A stretch of DNA of 60,028 nt, filler included, from Dirinaria sp. TL-2023a (lineage: Eukaryota): NCBI GenBank assembly GCA_051941275.1. It is 9 parts of 9 records of this genome, joined end to end, with 100 filler letters (N's around TTAATTAATTAA, not from the genome) between each part and the next. Parts side by side here need not be neighbours in the genome. Positions count along the whole stretch, not along the records: positions 33,452 to 40,028 come from JAVEBF010001458.1; positions 40,129 to 46,700 come from JAVEBF010001459.1; positions 46,801 to 53,364 come from JAVEBF010001460.1; 6 more parts are not named here. One strand, 5' to 3'. The position numbers and the translations under genes were made by a program. Below the pieces are notes generated by a model. It had not been told where the DNA came from, did no database searches, and worked only from the letters and a program-made list of their open reading frames with translations. This document shows, in pieces, positions 35,584 through 46,936 of the stretch (the stretch's first letter is position 1; each line of letters begins with the position of its first letter).

Positions 35584-36957
35584 ATGAGTGAGAATCTGGT
35601 TGGCTGGACGTCAGGCTCGAATCAACGAGGCACAATCGATATCGTTTGGTCTTGTGTCTTTGTCGTTTTCCTCTCCACATGGACAACACTGCACAGTAAT
35701 GTACCGCCCGTCAAGCAAGGCCCTTTATGGCGACTGCGGAACAAGATTCTGCTCATGGGCGTCGGTCTTGTTGCGCCGGAGTATGTGGCGACGATTGCGT
35801 TTACTGAACTCCGGACGGCGCTCACAGTTCGGAGCCATATGAAAGATCTTGGATACAAAGAATGGGCGCTGACTCAAAGCTTTTTCGTTGCCATGGGAGG
35901 CTACATGGCCGATGTCAATGGGACTTACAAACCAATTTCGGCGGAGCAATTTATTAATTGGCAACGAAGTGGATCTATCCGAGTTATGAGAGCCACGGAA
36001 TCGGTCCTGAGCAGACCGAAAGTGAATTCCGTGGAAAGTGACTCGATGGAATTGACATCGGCACCAAGACTGCTCAAGGCTCCACGTCTGAGCAGCTGCG
36101 AATCAGCGGTAGAATTTCCTTGGGTTTCGAGAGAGGACATAGCTCAGCGAGGCAAGGCGGACGTCTTCCTCAAGGGCATTGCCTGCGCACAGATCGGGTG
36201 GCTGCTGGTGCAGTACGCCGCACGTCGCGCCCAATCACTGCCGACTTGCTCACTTGAAGCACTGACGCTAGCCTATGTCGTTTGTGCATTATTCTCCTAC
36301 GCTGCATGGTGGAAGAAGCCTTACGACTTAGAATCGCCCACAATAGTCACAGTCTCCCCAGAGCATGAGATATCTTTTCTGCTCAAGGACGCACCCCTCA
36401 CAATCCCGATGAATGACGACCCGGACTTGCCGCTCCTTCACGACGTACTGTGGACATATGTTGTGCCTTGCACTGCAGCAGTGCTCTCCTTTAGCACTTT
36501 GCACTTTTTAGCATGGTACGACCACTTCGGTACGCTAGCTGAACAATGGATATGGAGATCAACATCGATTTTATTCGTCTGGTTCCATTTGGTCTTCCTG
36601 GGTTTTGCTGCCCATATGGAGAAAAACATGGGTGTATCGCCCACGGCAGCTGGCATCGCCATGATAGGAAATTGTGCGGAGATGAAAGCAGTGTGGTATA
36701 TATTCCACAGTCTTAGAGTGTTGATATTTAGGGACAAGAATGCAACACTGAACCGGATGGATTCGATTTTGCTAAGCAAGTGTCATCCAGAATATACGCC
36801 GAACGGACCTCTTATCATATTTTTCGTTGGCCATACCTTCTGCTATTTTTTGGGGCGTTTCTTCGTCCTGATCGAGGCATTTGCGTCGTTGAGACGCGCT
36901 CCAGTTGGCCTGTATGAGAATGTTGATTGGACCGGGTTCATAATGCACGTCCATTGA
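35584..36957 (+). CDS. Uncharacterised fungal multi-pass membrane protein (GW..RGT.DI.WSC family), ~457 aa
   Basis: GWTSGSNQRGTIDIVWSCV..TWTTLHSNVP, APE, FFVAMGG, KAD.F.K.IAC.Q, WWKKP.D and EAFASLR..P.GLY..VDW match a common ascomycete hypothetical family. Several hydrophobic segments are present. Confidence 0.8.
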   Translation: MSENLVGWTSGSNQRGTIDIVWSCVFVVFLSTWTTLHSNVPPVKQGPLWRLRNKILLMGVGLVAPEYVATIAFTELRTALTVRSHMKDLGYKEWALTQSFFVAMGGYMADVNGTYKPISAEQFINWQRSGSIRVMRATESVLSRPKVNSVESDSMELTSAPRLLKAPRLSSCESAVEFPWVSREDIAQRGKADVFLKGIACAQIGWLLVQYAARRAQSLPTCSLEALTLAYVVCALFSYAAWWKKPYDLESPTIVTVSPEHEISFLLKDAPLTIPMNDDPDLPLLHDVLWTYVVPCTAAVLSFSTLHFLAWYDHFGTLAEQWIWRSTSILFVWFHLVFLGFAAHMEKNMGVSPTAAGIAMIGNCAEMKAVWYIFHSLRVLIFRDKNATLNRMDSILLSKCHPEYTPNGPLIIFFVGHTFCYFLGRFFVLIEAFASLRRAPVGLYENVDWTGFIMHVH

Positions 36958-37066
36958 CTCACCGCGGAAGGAGAGCATCCACGTCGACCCATTACTGGCA
37001 TATGATAATGAGGTACTGTGATATTGGTTTCTTCGATGTTCGCGACGCAGGCATCTGACATTTTCT

Positions 37067-38752
37067 TCAGAACTGGGACTTAGCTTCCTCGCTCATCTTC
37101 ACGCGCATCACCATCCCATCAACCGGTACACTCGTTACTGCGTGATTACTCCACACTTCCCTTTCTTTCTCACCTCCACCTACCGGCTCCTGTCCTGTCA
37201 AACCAACCTTCTCGAAGACAAATCCACGTGCAATAGAGAGGAGCACTATCCTACTTTCCAGCATCGCAAGCTCTTGCCCGATACAGTTCCGCGGTCCGCG
37301 CTCGAATGGGCGATATGCACCCACCGGTAAGCCCGCGAGGTAAGCATTGTCAAGCCAGCGATCAGGGTTGAAGAGGTGGGCATCGGGACCCCACACATTG
37401 GGATTCCGCTGGATCAGGTAGATTGAGGGATAAATCTGCAGACCAGCAATGGAGACAGGATGAGAAGGAAGAGGAAGTGAGAGGGAAGTCGCTTCCCATG
37501 GAACTGCGCGCACAGTGGCCGCAGGAGGATGGAGACGCAGAGTTTCCTTTATGAAAGCTGTTGTGTATGGTAACTTAGAGGTCAAGATCGCTTCTGATTC
37601 GGCTGCAGCTGATGTAGAAAGAGTTGGCAAGGCGGAGAATGGATGGGAACCAAAGACCGCATCGTGCTCGTGGCGCAAACGGGCGAGGATTGCAGCATGC
37701 TGTGAAGAGTGGCTGGCTTTGCTCATCTCGTAGCAGATCCACTGAATGAGGGTGGCGGTCGTATCCTGCCCAGCGAAGAGGAAGCTTTTAATCTGATCGA
37801 CACAGCTGCGTATTAGGGCTTTATTGGGAGGAAGACCAGACGTGGCGAGCTGCGTGATTGACTTAGATTCGGAGGTGGCATCTGTGGAGCTGATGCGAGC
37901 TTTGACTATAGCCGTGAGTTTGTGGTTGAAGATGCTTTCGTAGAAAATTGACTTAAGTGGCCGAATGGGATCGATCATGTGTAGACCGACGCCCTGGCCC
38001 ACATCGTATACCATGCCGCTCAGGCGTCGGCTAGCTGTGAGGAGGCCCATGAACGACTTCTCCCCATAGCCCTCCGGTGTAGACTGCGCATTTAGGTCTT
38101 CTGCAATGGTGAGTTGCGTAATGATGTCAGTGGTAAGGTCCTGCGCGTAGTCGGCCATTTTGAAGCTTGTCGAGTCGCTTTCCGCAAGATATTTTAGACG
38201 ACGCACAAAAATTTCTACCCTCGAGACAATCGAACCAGTAAGAGAGTGGATATGCCTAGGCTGAAAGCTTGGATTGAAGCGCTTGCGTAGAGCCTTCCAA
38301 GCTGGCCCCTCCTTTGTGATTATGGATTCAGCGCCGATGACTGGTTTCAGAGGGTGGTAATTGCTACTTTTAGGAATGGAGTATTTGAACTCCTCCGTCG
38401 GATTGACTATGGCCTCCACATACTGCGGCTCCGCTATGATTAAGAACCCGCGGTCCTCAACGGGTGCGAGGTCGACCAAGAAGCAGCCTGGCTCACCCAA
38501 TTCTTGCCAAATCTCCTCGAAGCCGTAATCTGGGTGACGCTTCAATGATGGTTTGAGCCGTTCCCCTGCGTTCACCAGGTTACCCCATATTGGATGTCTT
38601 GGAAGAGACGGAATGTCGTGAAATCGAGTGCGGACACGGTGAGCTTTGTATATCCAACGCGATATACGAAGGGAGATGTATAACACAAGAACGATGAGTA
38701 ATGTATTTCGAACTTGATAGAGGCTTAAATTCAGACCTGCCAATCTTTCCAT
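37067..38752 (-). CDS. Cytochrome P450 monooxygenase (intronless, 561 aa)
   Basis: N-terminal transmembrane anchor, I-helix FLFAGQDTT, ExxR (KETLRLHPP), FNPDRW and heme motif FERGPRNCIGQELA. Confidence 0.95.
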   Translation of the reverse strand: MERLAGLNLSLYQVRNTLLIVLVLYISLRISRWIYKAHRVRTRFHDIPSLPRHPIWGNLVNAGERLKPSLKRHPDYGFEEIWQELGEPGCFLVDLAPVEDRGFLIIAEPQYVEAIVNPTEEFKYSIPKSSNYHPLKPVIGAESIITKEGPAWKALRKRFNPSFQPRHIHSLTGSIVSRVEIFVRRLKYLAESDSTSFKMADYAQDLTTDIITQLTIAEDLNAQSTPEGYGEKSFMGLLTASRRLSGMVYDVGQGVGLHMIDPIRPLKSIFYESIFNHKLTAIVKARISSTDATSESKSITQLATSGLPPNKALIRSCVDQIKSFLFAGQDTTATLIQWICYEMSKASHSSQHAAILARLRHEHDAVFGSHPFSALPTLSTSAAAESEAILTSKLPYTTAFIKETLRLHPPAATVRAVPWEATSLSLPLPSHPVSIAGLQIYPSIYLIQRNPNVWGPDAHLFNPDRWLDNAYLAGLPVGAYRPFERGPRNCIGQELAMLESRIVLLSIARGFVFEKVGLTGQEPVGGGEKEREVWSNHAVTSVPVDGMVMRVKMSEEAKSQF

Positions 38753-40028
38753 ATTTTCTATGCTCTAGAAAGGTGTATCGGGAGCGCTCAAGTAGCAGAA
38801 TAAAGCATGTGTACTTTGTATAGGCTATAGCCTCGATAATGTGTAATAGATAATCGCGTATGTAACAAATCGGCGGCAGGGCGTGCGTAACCTGAATTTC
38901 CAAAAACAAATGAGTTCTTTTTACAATAATGCGCAAAGATTGAGATCTTCAGGTGTGCAGAGAGATTCTGAACAAGATAAAGATCAAGAATCGTCGAACC
39001 GGCGTTAGGCCAGATCGGGTCTAGTTCAACTTCATGTACCGACAACGAGCACTCTCCAGTACATTACCTTGCTCCATCTATAACTCTATAATCAGACGAT
39101 ATTTGAAAGAGCTTGGAACCTGAAATCATGGGAGAAATCGCACAACAAAGGAGTCACTCCTTGTAGGAGCTTTTCGTGCTTCGGCAAAACAACATGTCGT
39201 GATCATTCGTAAACCTGGTTTGCGTGGAAATTACGCAGGCTGAGGCAAACCGCATTCGAGAATCAAAGTCTTCCCTGAATAAGATGATACAGATTTGATG
39301 GTTTACCAGCTGTGGCTAGAAGAAAGCGTCATTTGCTGGTATAAAGATCTCATGCTCTCGAGCACAAGTTAATTCACCTTAGAACACTGGACTTGAGTTA
39401 GTACTCACTTCGGTAGACTTGAAAATTTAGGGTTGTCGCATCATTGTATCTACCTAGGGTTAAAAAATCACCCCCCCCCCCCTCGGTTCTAGTATTAAAC
39501 TTTTACTCCGAGTGCTTCGGCACACACAAACCTACTTAATGAAAGAACTTTCGAACACCAGACTTCTATAAGGTCTGAGACCTGGGGTAAATCCGAAGTC
39601 GAGAAGAAAAAAGCTCGGGGAACAACCAGGGAATTTGTTCACCGACCCTGATCATTATTTTGGTCGTCCTCTGATCTCATCCAAATAGCGGGTTTTCCTG
39701 CTATGGAAGTGGGTTTCTCAACTACCAAATGGGTGAATTTTAATCAGCATGTAATATTTGCTATATCTTCTCCTGTTATTCTATAGTTGGGTGATCGTTT
39801 GAATCTTCGGTCCTCATGCAATTGAGGCAACTGGCACGAGAAAGCAGAACTCAAATGAGTCCAATAGCTTTGTGCCCAAGACCTTTTCAACAGAGGATTA
39901 CTCATGACACTATGCGAGATCTTAGCTTTTTTTAGGGAATGGGCTCATATTTCACATTTCACAGCTTCGCGTCTCGCATTCCGAGCCGAGCATTGATATT
40001 GAGCTATACCTCGAGACTGATGGTCTTG

Positions 40029-40128
40029 NNNNNNNNNNNNNNNNNNNNNNNNNNNNNNNNNNNNNNNNNNNNTTAATTAATTAANNNNNNNNNNNNNNNN
40101 NNNNNNNNNNNNNNNNNNNNNNNNNNNN
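40029..40128. other. Artificial contig spacer
   Basis: N44-TTAATTAATTAA-N44. Confidence 0.99.
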
Positions 40129-40711
40129 GACGTACATCCACCACCCTTGGTTTCGCCATTGATGAGTTGGTTGTCACACATCTGAAAGAGACCCTGCTCG
40201 CACGGGTCGCAGGTACCTGCGATGTATAACGCGGTTAGTCCTGTTCTCTGATTCTGCTCAGAACTTCGAAAACGCAACCAGACTTACCATCGTGACCACC
40301 ATGCCATCCTCCACCGATCCGATCACCAACCTTCCACTTCGACACACCGTCTCCAACAGCTGCGACCTCTCCGATGATCTCATGGCCAGGCACAATGGGA
40401 CTATGATGGAGGAAAAAAATCAGCGCTGATACTCATTACGGGTACAATGAAACCGCCATCATTTCGGATCGGTACTTGCGCTTTGACTGCACTATCTGCT
40501 TGAGAGGGGTCGAGGAAGGGAAGAAAGAAACCTACAATCCGCCTCCCATCATGTTCTGCTGAGCAAACACGTCCGAGTGGCACACGCCACATGCCTCAAC
40601 CTTTACCAACACTTCGCCTTTACCCGGTAAAGTCAAGTCCGTTGATTCGAGCGTCAAAGGAGCTCCAGCGCTTTTGAAAACCGCCTGCGTGAAAGTCTTG
40701 GGAAGAACCAT
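40129..40711 (-). CDS. Zinc-dependent alcohol dehydrogenase, 5' part only (multi-exon)
   Basis: VKVEACGVCHSD, PIVPGHEIIGEV, GDRIGGGWHGGHD and TCDPCEQG..QMC motifs. Truncated at the contig edge. Confidence 0.92.
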
Positions 40712-41991
40712 CTTTGCGTTTGCTGGTGCTTGACACGTATTGTTTGTGATTTGATGCGTATTGGTTGTTGCTTGATAAGTGTGCTGTCTGTTCTGCTTCC
40801 ATTTTGGAATGCTAAGGAGCACTTATATATATTATTTCAAAGAAAAGAATTGCTCATAGACTATTCTGAAAGGAGCATTGGGGTTCTCAAGGATCAAGGA
40901 GATCCGGAGTTGGTAATACAAGGCCAGAAGCTGGAGATTGATATGCTTTACTAAGCCTCGATCAGGTTGCGGTAGCGACGAAAAAGAAATGATTAGGACG
41001 CCTGAGTCTATGATATCCTGTGCATGCATGGTGGGAAAATCGGAGTGTAGCATTCTTAAATCCGGGGCTTGATCCTACTGTAGGATATCTCTACAGTAGG
41101 GTCAAGCTGGGAGCACATTATGGAAGCTGAAAGTTGGGTGAATGCGAGAGGTGCTAGTGCGGCTGTGTATCATTCATACTACTACCGTACTTGAGGTACG
41201 TAAGGATAGGTTAAAGAACATCCTTTAGCTGAGATACTTTAGTCACACACCAGTTCAAACCCTCGTGATGCTTACCATGTCGCTTGAAATCTTACTTATT
41301 ATTGTGTATTGATAGAATGGACTTTACCGGCGCTCCAGCGATCGACCATTGTCCCCCCTTGTCGCTTCGCCTCATGGAAAAATGGGCTTGCTCTCGGAGC
41401 TCCTCGGAGTATCTCCTTCGGGTTAGTCTCCGTGACCCCTTTTGGCTAGTGTATCAAAGGTCCGAACCTCCTACATTTTTTTCGAGGGTTTTTCAGATGT
41501 TCTACGGAGCTGTGTGCGCTCAGATGGTATTAGAAATCGTGGTAGGATCCGGTCTACGCACCAAATACAGTTGATCGAGAGCAGGATCAGACAACAAAAT
41601 ATTTATTCTTGAAAAGCCCACTTAATCTGATCATACATTGAGCGCTGATAAGGGGGTTATCATTAGAAGTCTTTAAAAGTACAGGACCAGCTTGTGAAGG
41701 AACCATAGAAAAAGAAGGATCAGCTGTCTATCTTCCTTTCAGCTTGGGAAGATTTGAGGTGGAACTCTAATACAACTCTCGATGAGGTCTGAGAATCCTA
41801 CCTCCGTACCTCGGGGCTCTGAGGTATTGAAGGGTGTAACTTCGCATTATGTGAAAAGTGATTGTGCAACAATCACAGAAAGGGCAACTTTGCAAGAATC
41901 TGCCTCTTTGTTCAACGATCCAAGTCTGCAGAACACCGTTACCTGCCAAGTACAAGTGCAGGAATACCACTCTTGTTGCTGAGTGGCTCCT

Positions 41992-43995
41992 TTACCCTTT
42001 GCCCTGGAAAGTCGATCGACGATGCAGCAGGTAGCGTCGTATGAAATGAGAATGTCTATCGGTCTTGTTCGTCACCGCGGTCGTGCTTGCACTCTTTGCC
42101 CTTGCTCGTATGGTTTTCTCAATCCACAAGAATTTCACGAGCATATTTCTCACATCCCCAAAATGCCTTATCCCAACACATAGACACGTCGTGCAGAGAT
42201 GACCCGCGAAAAACATGTCCTTGTCGCGTCTTCTCTCTGCCGCGGTACCTACCAACAGTACCCAAAGCAACAAGCCAGGTGCGTGATTCCATCCGCCGAG
42301 TACACTTCTGCCTACCGTCTTTTGCAAGCGATCTAAGGTACTCATGTGTAGATGGCTATTGAACGGGATGTTATCGACCATCGCACTGAAATAGATAAGG
42401 GAAGCAAGCCGGCAGGACTCCTCCAGATCGGCGTTACTTTCTGCCTGGCCCGATGAGGACAGACGTGTAAAATTGATATTGGTACACATTCCTATTATCG
42501 TCTCCATATCCTTGCATTGCTTTGCGACTTTGCAATTGAGAATTATGGTCTCAGAGCCCTCACTCGCTTCGAAGAGCGCGGTAACGGTGCGCATACACTC
42601 CAGGATGCGCAAGACAGAGGGTGCCAGCTCCCGAATTCGCTTGGAGACATGTTCGTCAAAACCTCCTGGATATGCAAAGAGGGGCGAAAATACGGCTTTT
42701 GGACAAGCTAGCGAGGCAAGAAAGTCTGGCGAGTCAAAGATAAGGCCAGAGCTTGAGTGGTCGAAGAAGAGAGGCAAGCCATAGATGTTAGCGCCTAGAA
42801 AGTCGGCCCTAGAGTTGAGATTCGAATGTCAATCAATGAATTCGAACGATGAAAGAGTCATTAGATTGCCAGGCTCAAACGTACATTACCGCGAGATCGT
42901 AGATGAGGGTGTTGGAACTCAAGGCGGGCAGACCACCACGGATCATTAGCATTCTCTGCAAACCGCTCATGTGGGTAATGTAATCTTCCTTGCTCATATT
43001 CTACCAATGGTTGAGATTAGCAATGGTTTGATGGCACCCAAAGTGTATGCTCACTTCTAAAGTCGCACCATACACCATGCAAAGGACTGCGCCAATATTC
43101 GCTGCATGGACGGCGAAATTAGGATCCTGTAAAGACAGATTGACTCTATGGATGGCTCTTTGCTTCAAGCTCCATATCTCCCTGTCAAAGGTTTCCGGCC
43201 CAAGGAATCGGAAGAAGCCAACAGCACTGTAGGCTTGGGCGTAGCAAAGCAGTTCCTGGCTGCTAATAACTAGTGGCATCCACTGCTGCCAGCGTCCTTC
43301 ATAGGCACCTCCGCAGAGGCGAGATGCCTGTTCACCATGCCCTGTTCCGAACTGAACGTTAGCTCTCGTCGACCAAATGAGCATCGTTCGAAGTAGGCAG
43401 ATATTAAAAATGATGAAGTGTGCACGAAAGTCCTCCTGTCAGGAAGGAGTTGGCTTGGCGCTCGAAAAAGATGGGCAGGCCCATGAAGCCAGAGTTCCTC
43501 TTTAACTATGTGAAACGTTCACTCACAGACGGCAAGATATCGAGAGATGTATTGACCAAGACGTTGTGGGATTAGTGGCGCCTCTAATGCTTTCTGAGGG
43601 CGAGGAGAGGATGAACGGGATGACAGGGGCGTCCACTCATGGTGTTCATTATCATCCGGTTCCTCGATCTCCGAATGTGTTCTTTTTGATACATTGACTC
43701 TCTGCTCTGGAACAAGCGCAGTCCTCGGGGGGGCTTGTTCATCATTCTCGCCTCGACGACTATTCTTACCCGATTTAGTTTCGGGGGCCACGATATGTCT
43801 GCTGCCACTCTTTACTTTCGATTTTGCTGATCTTTTGCGAATTTTACTCGAATCACTTTGAACTCGCGATAACCTGACCGCAGTCCGCATGGCATGACTG
43901 CTAATCGAAGACCTGATCCCGGTACCCTTGATGTCATCAGGTTTGCCTACGTTAATCCATAGTAGGTCCCCCCCGGTGTCGCTTGACATCGCCAT
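41992..43995 (-). CDS. Fungal-specific transcription-factor-domain-like protein (multi-exon)
   Basis: N-terminal LLWINVGKP..IRSSISSHAMR, middle AIHRVNLSLQDP..NIGAVLCM and HMSGLQRMLMIRGGL, and C-terminal ESCRLASLIY..LLLWVLLVG. No Zn2Cys6 cluster is visible. Confidence 0.7.
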
Positions 43996-44789
43996 TTCTC
44001 CTGTGAATGAATGGAAGTTGCCAGTGGGATGATCAATCCGAAACGTTGCCGTCCATATACATGTGCTGAAGTGGGTTACTGCAACCGTCACGTGAGAACT
44101 TTGGGCAGACATAAGGAAACACTGTATTGGGCTAGAAGCCTTGGCGAAAGTCTGAGCGCTTCCATGATCGTAAGGGAAGGTCCAGTAAGGTAGTCAGCCC
44201 AGCAGTGTTGGATGTGTTATTATTATTACCTTGCCTTACCGCAATATTAATGTTACGGATCGCTCGGCTGTGCCAATACGAAAGGAATGGTGGTGTCTTG
44301 GGTTGGATATGCCTCAGAGCCCAAGACTATCGTGTCATGGTGCAATCTCGCATTGATATAAGCTTGGACTTGCGCCTCCGATCTCCCCTTCCAGTCTCTG
44401 AAGTAATTTCTCTGGTGCCCCAATGATGTCACATTACGTAATTCATGCTTTGCTCGCGGCGTAGTCAAGGAAGTCGGAGGCGAGGGGGCAAGGCGGACGA
44501 TACGTGTGGGCCTTGGGAAGAAACTAGAAGTCGTGGAGATAAAGTAAGACTTATCTGGACTATCGGGGCGAGCTGGGCATGACGGCTATGCCAAGCAGAG
44601 AAGTGCCGAGGAGAACCCGAGGGACCGCAAATGGAAATGGCATACATACCTATCTTCAAGATTGGTGTTTAAATTGCCATAATAGAATGTTAGATGCGAA
44701 AATTTTGCCAGATGCTGAGATGAGAACCCTCATCCTCGAGCTTTGATGCTCTCGAGGCTACACGATGCATTCACGACAGCAGTCCGCAG

Positions 44790-45883
44790 ATGGCGTCATT
44801 CGTTCCTCGCCGCGCTTATCCCCGCCTCGACTCACTTCCACGGTCGTATTTCCTAGGCCACCATCATGCTGGCCTTGGGAAGATGAAGTCGATGCTCGCC
44901 GGCGTCGACCTGATCATCGAATGCCGCGATTTTCGTGTCCCTGTGACGTCTCGCAACCCGCTCTTCGAACAGAACCTTGCTGGGAAAGAAAGGGTGATCG
45001 TGTATACCAAGCAAGACCTCGGTCATGAAGGGGACAAATACAAAGATAAACGCAAGATTGACTCTGTATGGATAGCCTATTGAAATCGATTCTAAAATGA
45101 CGCTATTCTAACCATGACTAGATCAAGAGCACTGTCCAGCAATGGCATTATCCTGAAAAAGTCCTGTTTTCAAACTACAGAGATTCCAAATCAGTGCGCC
45201 TCTTACTCAATCACGCTGATAACCGAGCGAAAGCGAAGGTATCGCTCTTGCCTTGTCGACTGATGATTGTCGGAATGCCAAATGTCGGGAAATCGTCGCT
45301 ACTCAATGCCTTGCGGAAGTTGAGCCTCCACCGACCAAAAGCCGCCCAAACCGGTGCACAGCCCGGAGTCACAAGGAAGGTAGCCACCGCAGTCAAGATC
45401 CTGGAAGCGAACACAGAGAGGGAAGGTGTATTCGCCGTCGATACGCCAGGAGTGTTCATACCATACGTACCGAATGCCGAGTCCATGCTTAAGCTCGCGC
45501 TGTGTGGATGTGTCAAGGACACTATTATTCCTCCAACCATTCTCGCCGATTACCTGTTATACCACATTAATCTCTACAAGCCTGATTTGTACGCGCACTA
45601 CGCGCCGCCGACCAACGACATCTCAGAGTTCCTCAACGCCATGGCGCGCAAGACAGGCAGGCTGCAAAAAGGCGGCATCCCAGACCACGAAGCGACAGCT
45701 CTGTGGATGATCCAACGATGGCGTGCCGGGCTCTTGGGGAAGTTCATACTGGACGAAGTGTCTCTGGCCAAATTCGAGGAGGAGCGACAAAGCAGCGAAG
45801 CTACTCTGTATGCAAGCTTTAGTCAAGGCCGTAAGCAGGGCGAAAAGGCCCGAATGAAAACACGGCCCTTGGTCGCCGATTGA
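44790..45883 (+). CDS. MTG1: Mitochondrial ribosome-assembly GTPase (RbgA/YlqF family); exons 44790-45065, 45122-45883
   Basis: YFLGHH, IIECRDFRVP.TSRNP, YTKQDL (G4), VGMPNVGKSSLLN (G1), GAQPGVTR (G2) and DTPGV (G3). Confidence 0.95.
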
Positions 45884-45958
45884 CAAGAAAACCAAGATAT
45901 CACACTTTGATCGCTCATCGTGACTACCTTAATTAACCCATAAACCCCAAACCATAAT

Positions 45959-46690
45959 TCAACCCAATTTATCCAACAACCTCCTCCGCCTCCTATCAAC
46001 AAGCTCTTCCTGCACCTCCTCCAAAGTAGGCAATCTCCACCCGACCCCATCCCCGCCATCCCCAGGCAAAGGCTCCCACTTCCCATCCTCAACCTGCCCC
46101 TGCTCCAACAGCGCGGCGCGAGCCTGGTCTTCCTTCCCCTTCTCATAAGCCAGCAGCGACCCATCCTCCTCATCGAGATTATACCCATAATAAGCAGCAT
46201 CAACCCTCATCCTCAAATCCGCCCTCGTCTCCAGCCCCTTCTCCTCGTCCTTAGGTTTCTTCTTCACCTCAAACAACTCTTTCACACCAGGCAGTTCCCT
46301 CGCGCGCCCAAAATACCGATACCCCTTCCCCCCACCGGGGATCTCATTCCCAGCCTCATCATACACGCGTCCTCCACCACGCATATAGTTCGGTCCACCC
46401 AGTTCCCGCACCTGCACCTCCCACATATGTTTTTCGCGCATGAGTTTGTTGATCTCGTCGTTGAGGTCGCGGATCTGGAAATCGGAGAGTGAGGGTTCTT
46501 GGATCTTGGATACTTTGCGCGAGATCTCTTTCAGGACCTGGCCGCGCCATTTCTCGCACACGGGGATGCTGGTCACGCTTGTTATTAGTTTGGGCCGTCG
46601 CGTGCGTCCTGCGTCGATTATTCCGAGGTCGGCGGCTTGGGAGGCCCGGAAGCGGAAGAGCATCGATTGCGCTTTTTCGCTGTTTCGTGC
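45959..46690 (-). CDS. ISY1: Pre-mRNA splicing factor Isy1; the short first exon is lost at the contig edge
   Basis: ARNSEKAQSMLFRF, CEKWRGQVLKEISRKV, IRDLNDEINKLMREK and GYRYFGRARELPGVKELF. Confidence 0.95.
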   Translation of the reverse strand, partial: ARNSEKAQSMLFRFRASQAADLGIIDAGRTRRPKLITSVTSIPVCEKWRGQVLKEISRKVSKIQEPSLSDFQIRDLNDEINKLMREKHMWEVQVRELGGPNYMRGGGRVYDEAGNEIPGGGKGYRYFGRARELPGVKELFEVKKKPKDEEKGLETRADLRMRVDAAYYGYNLDEEDGSLLAYEKGKEDQARAALLEQGQVEDGKWEPLPGDGGDGVGWRLPTLEEVQEELVDRRRRRLLDKLG

Positions 46691-46700
46691 CTATGGGTTG

Positions 46701-46800
46701 NNNNNNNNNNNNNNNNNNNNNNNNNNNNNNNNNNNNNNNNNNNNTTAATTAATTAANNNNNNNNNNNNNNNNNNNNNNNNNNNNNNNNNNNNNNNNNNNN
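46701..46800. other. Artificial contig spacer
   Basis: N44-TTAATTAATTAA-N44. Confidence 0.99.
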
Positions 46801-46936
46801 GCCTTGTTCGAATCCGAAGGGCAGACGGATATTGGTTCTGTTTGTGGGGTTTTTGGAAAGACAGATGAGGAGAAAGTCTCGCGCCAAAATATGGGCTGAA
46901 TTGTCCTGCTAATTTTGGGGGTATATATATGCACGC

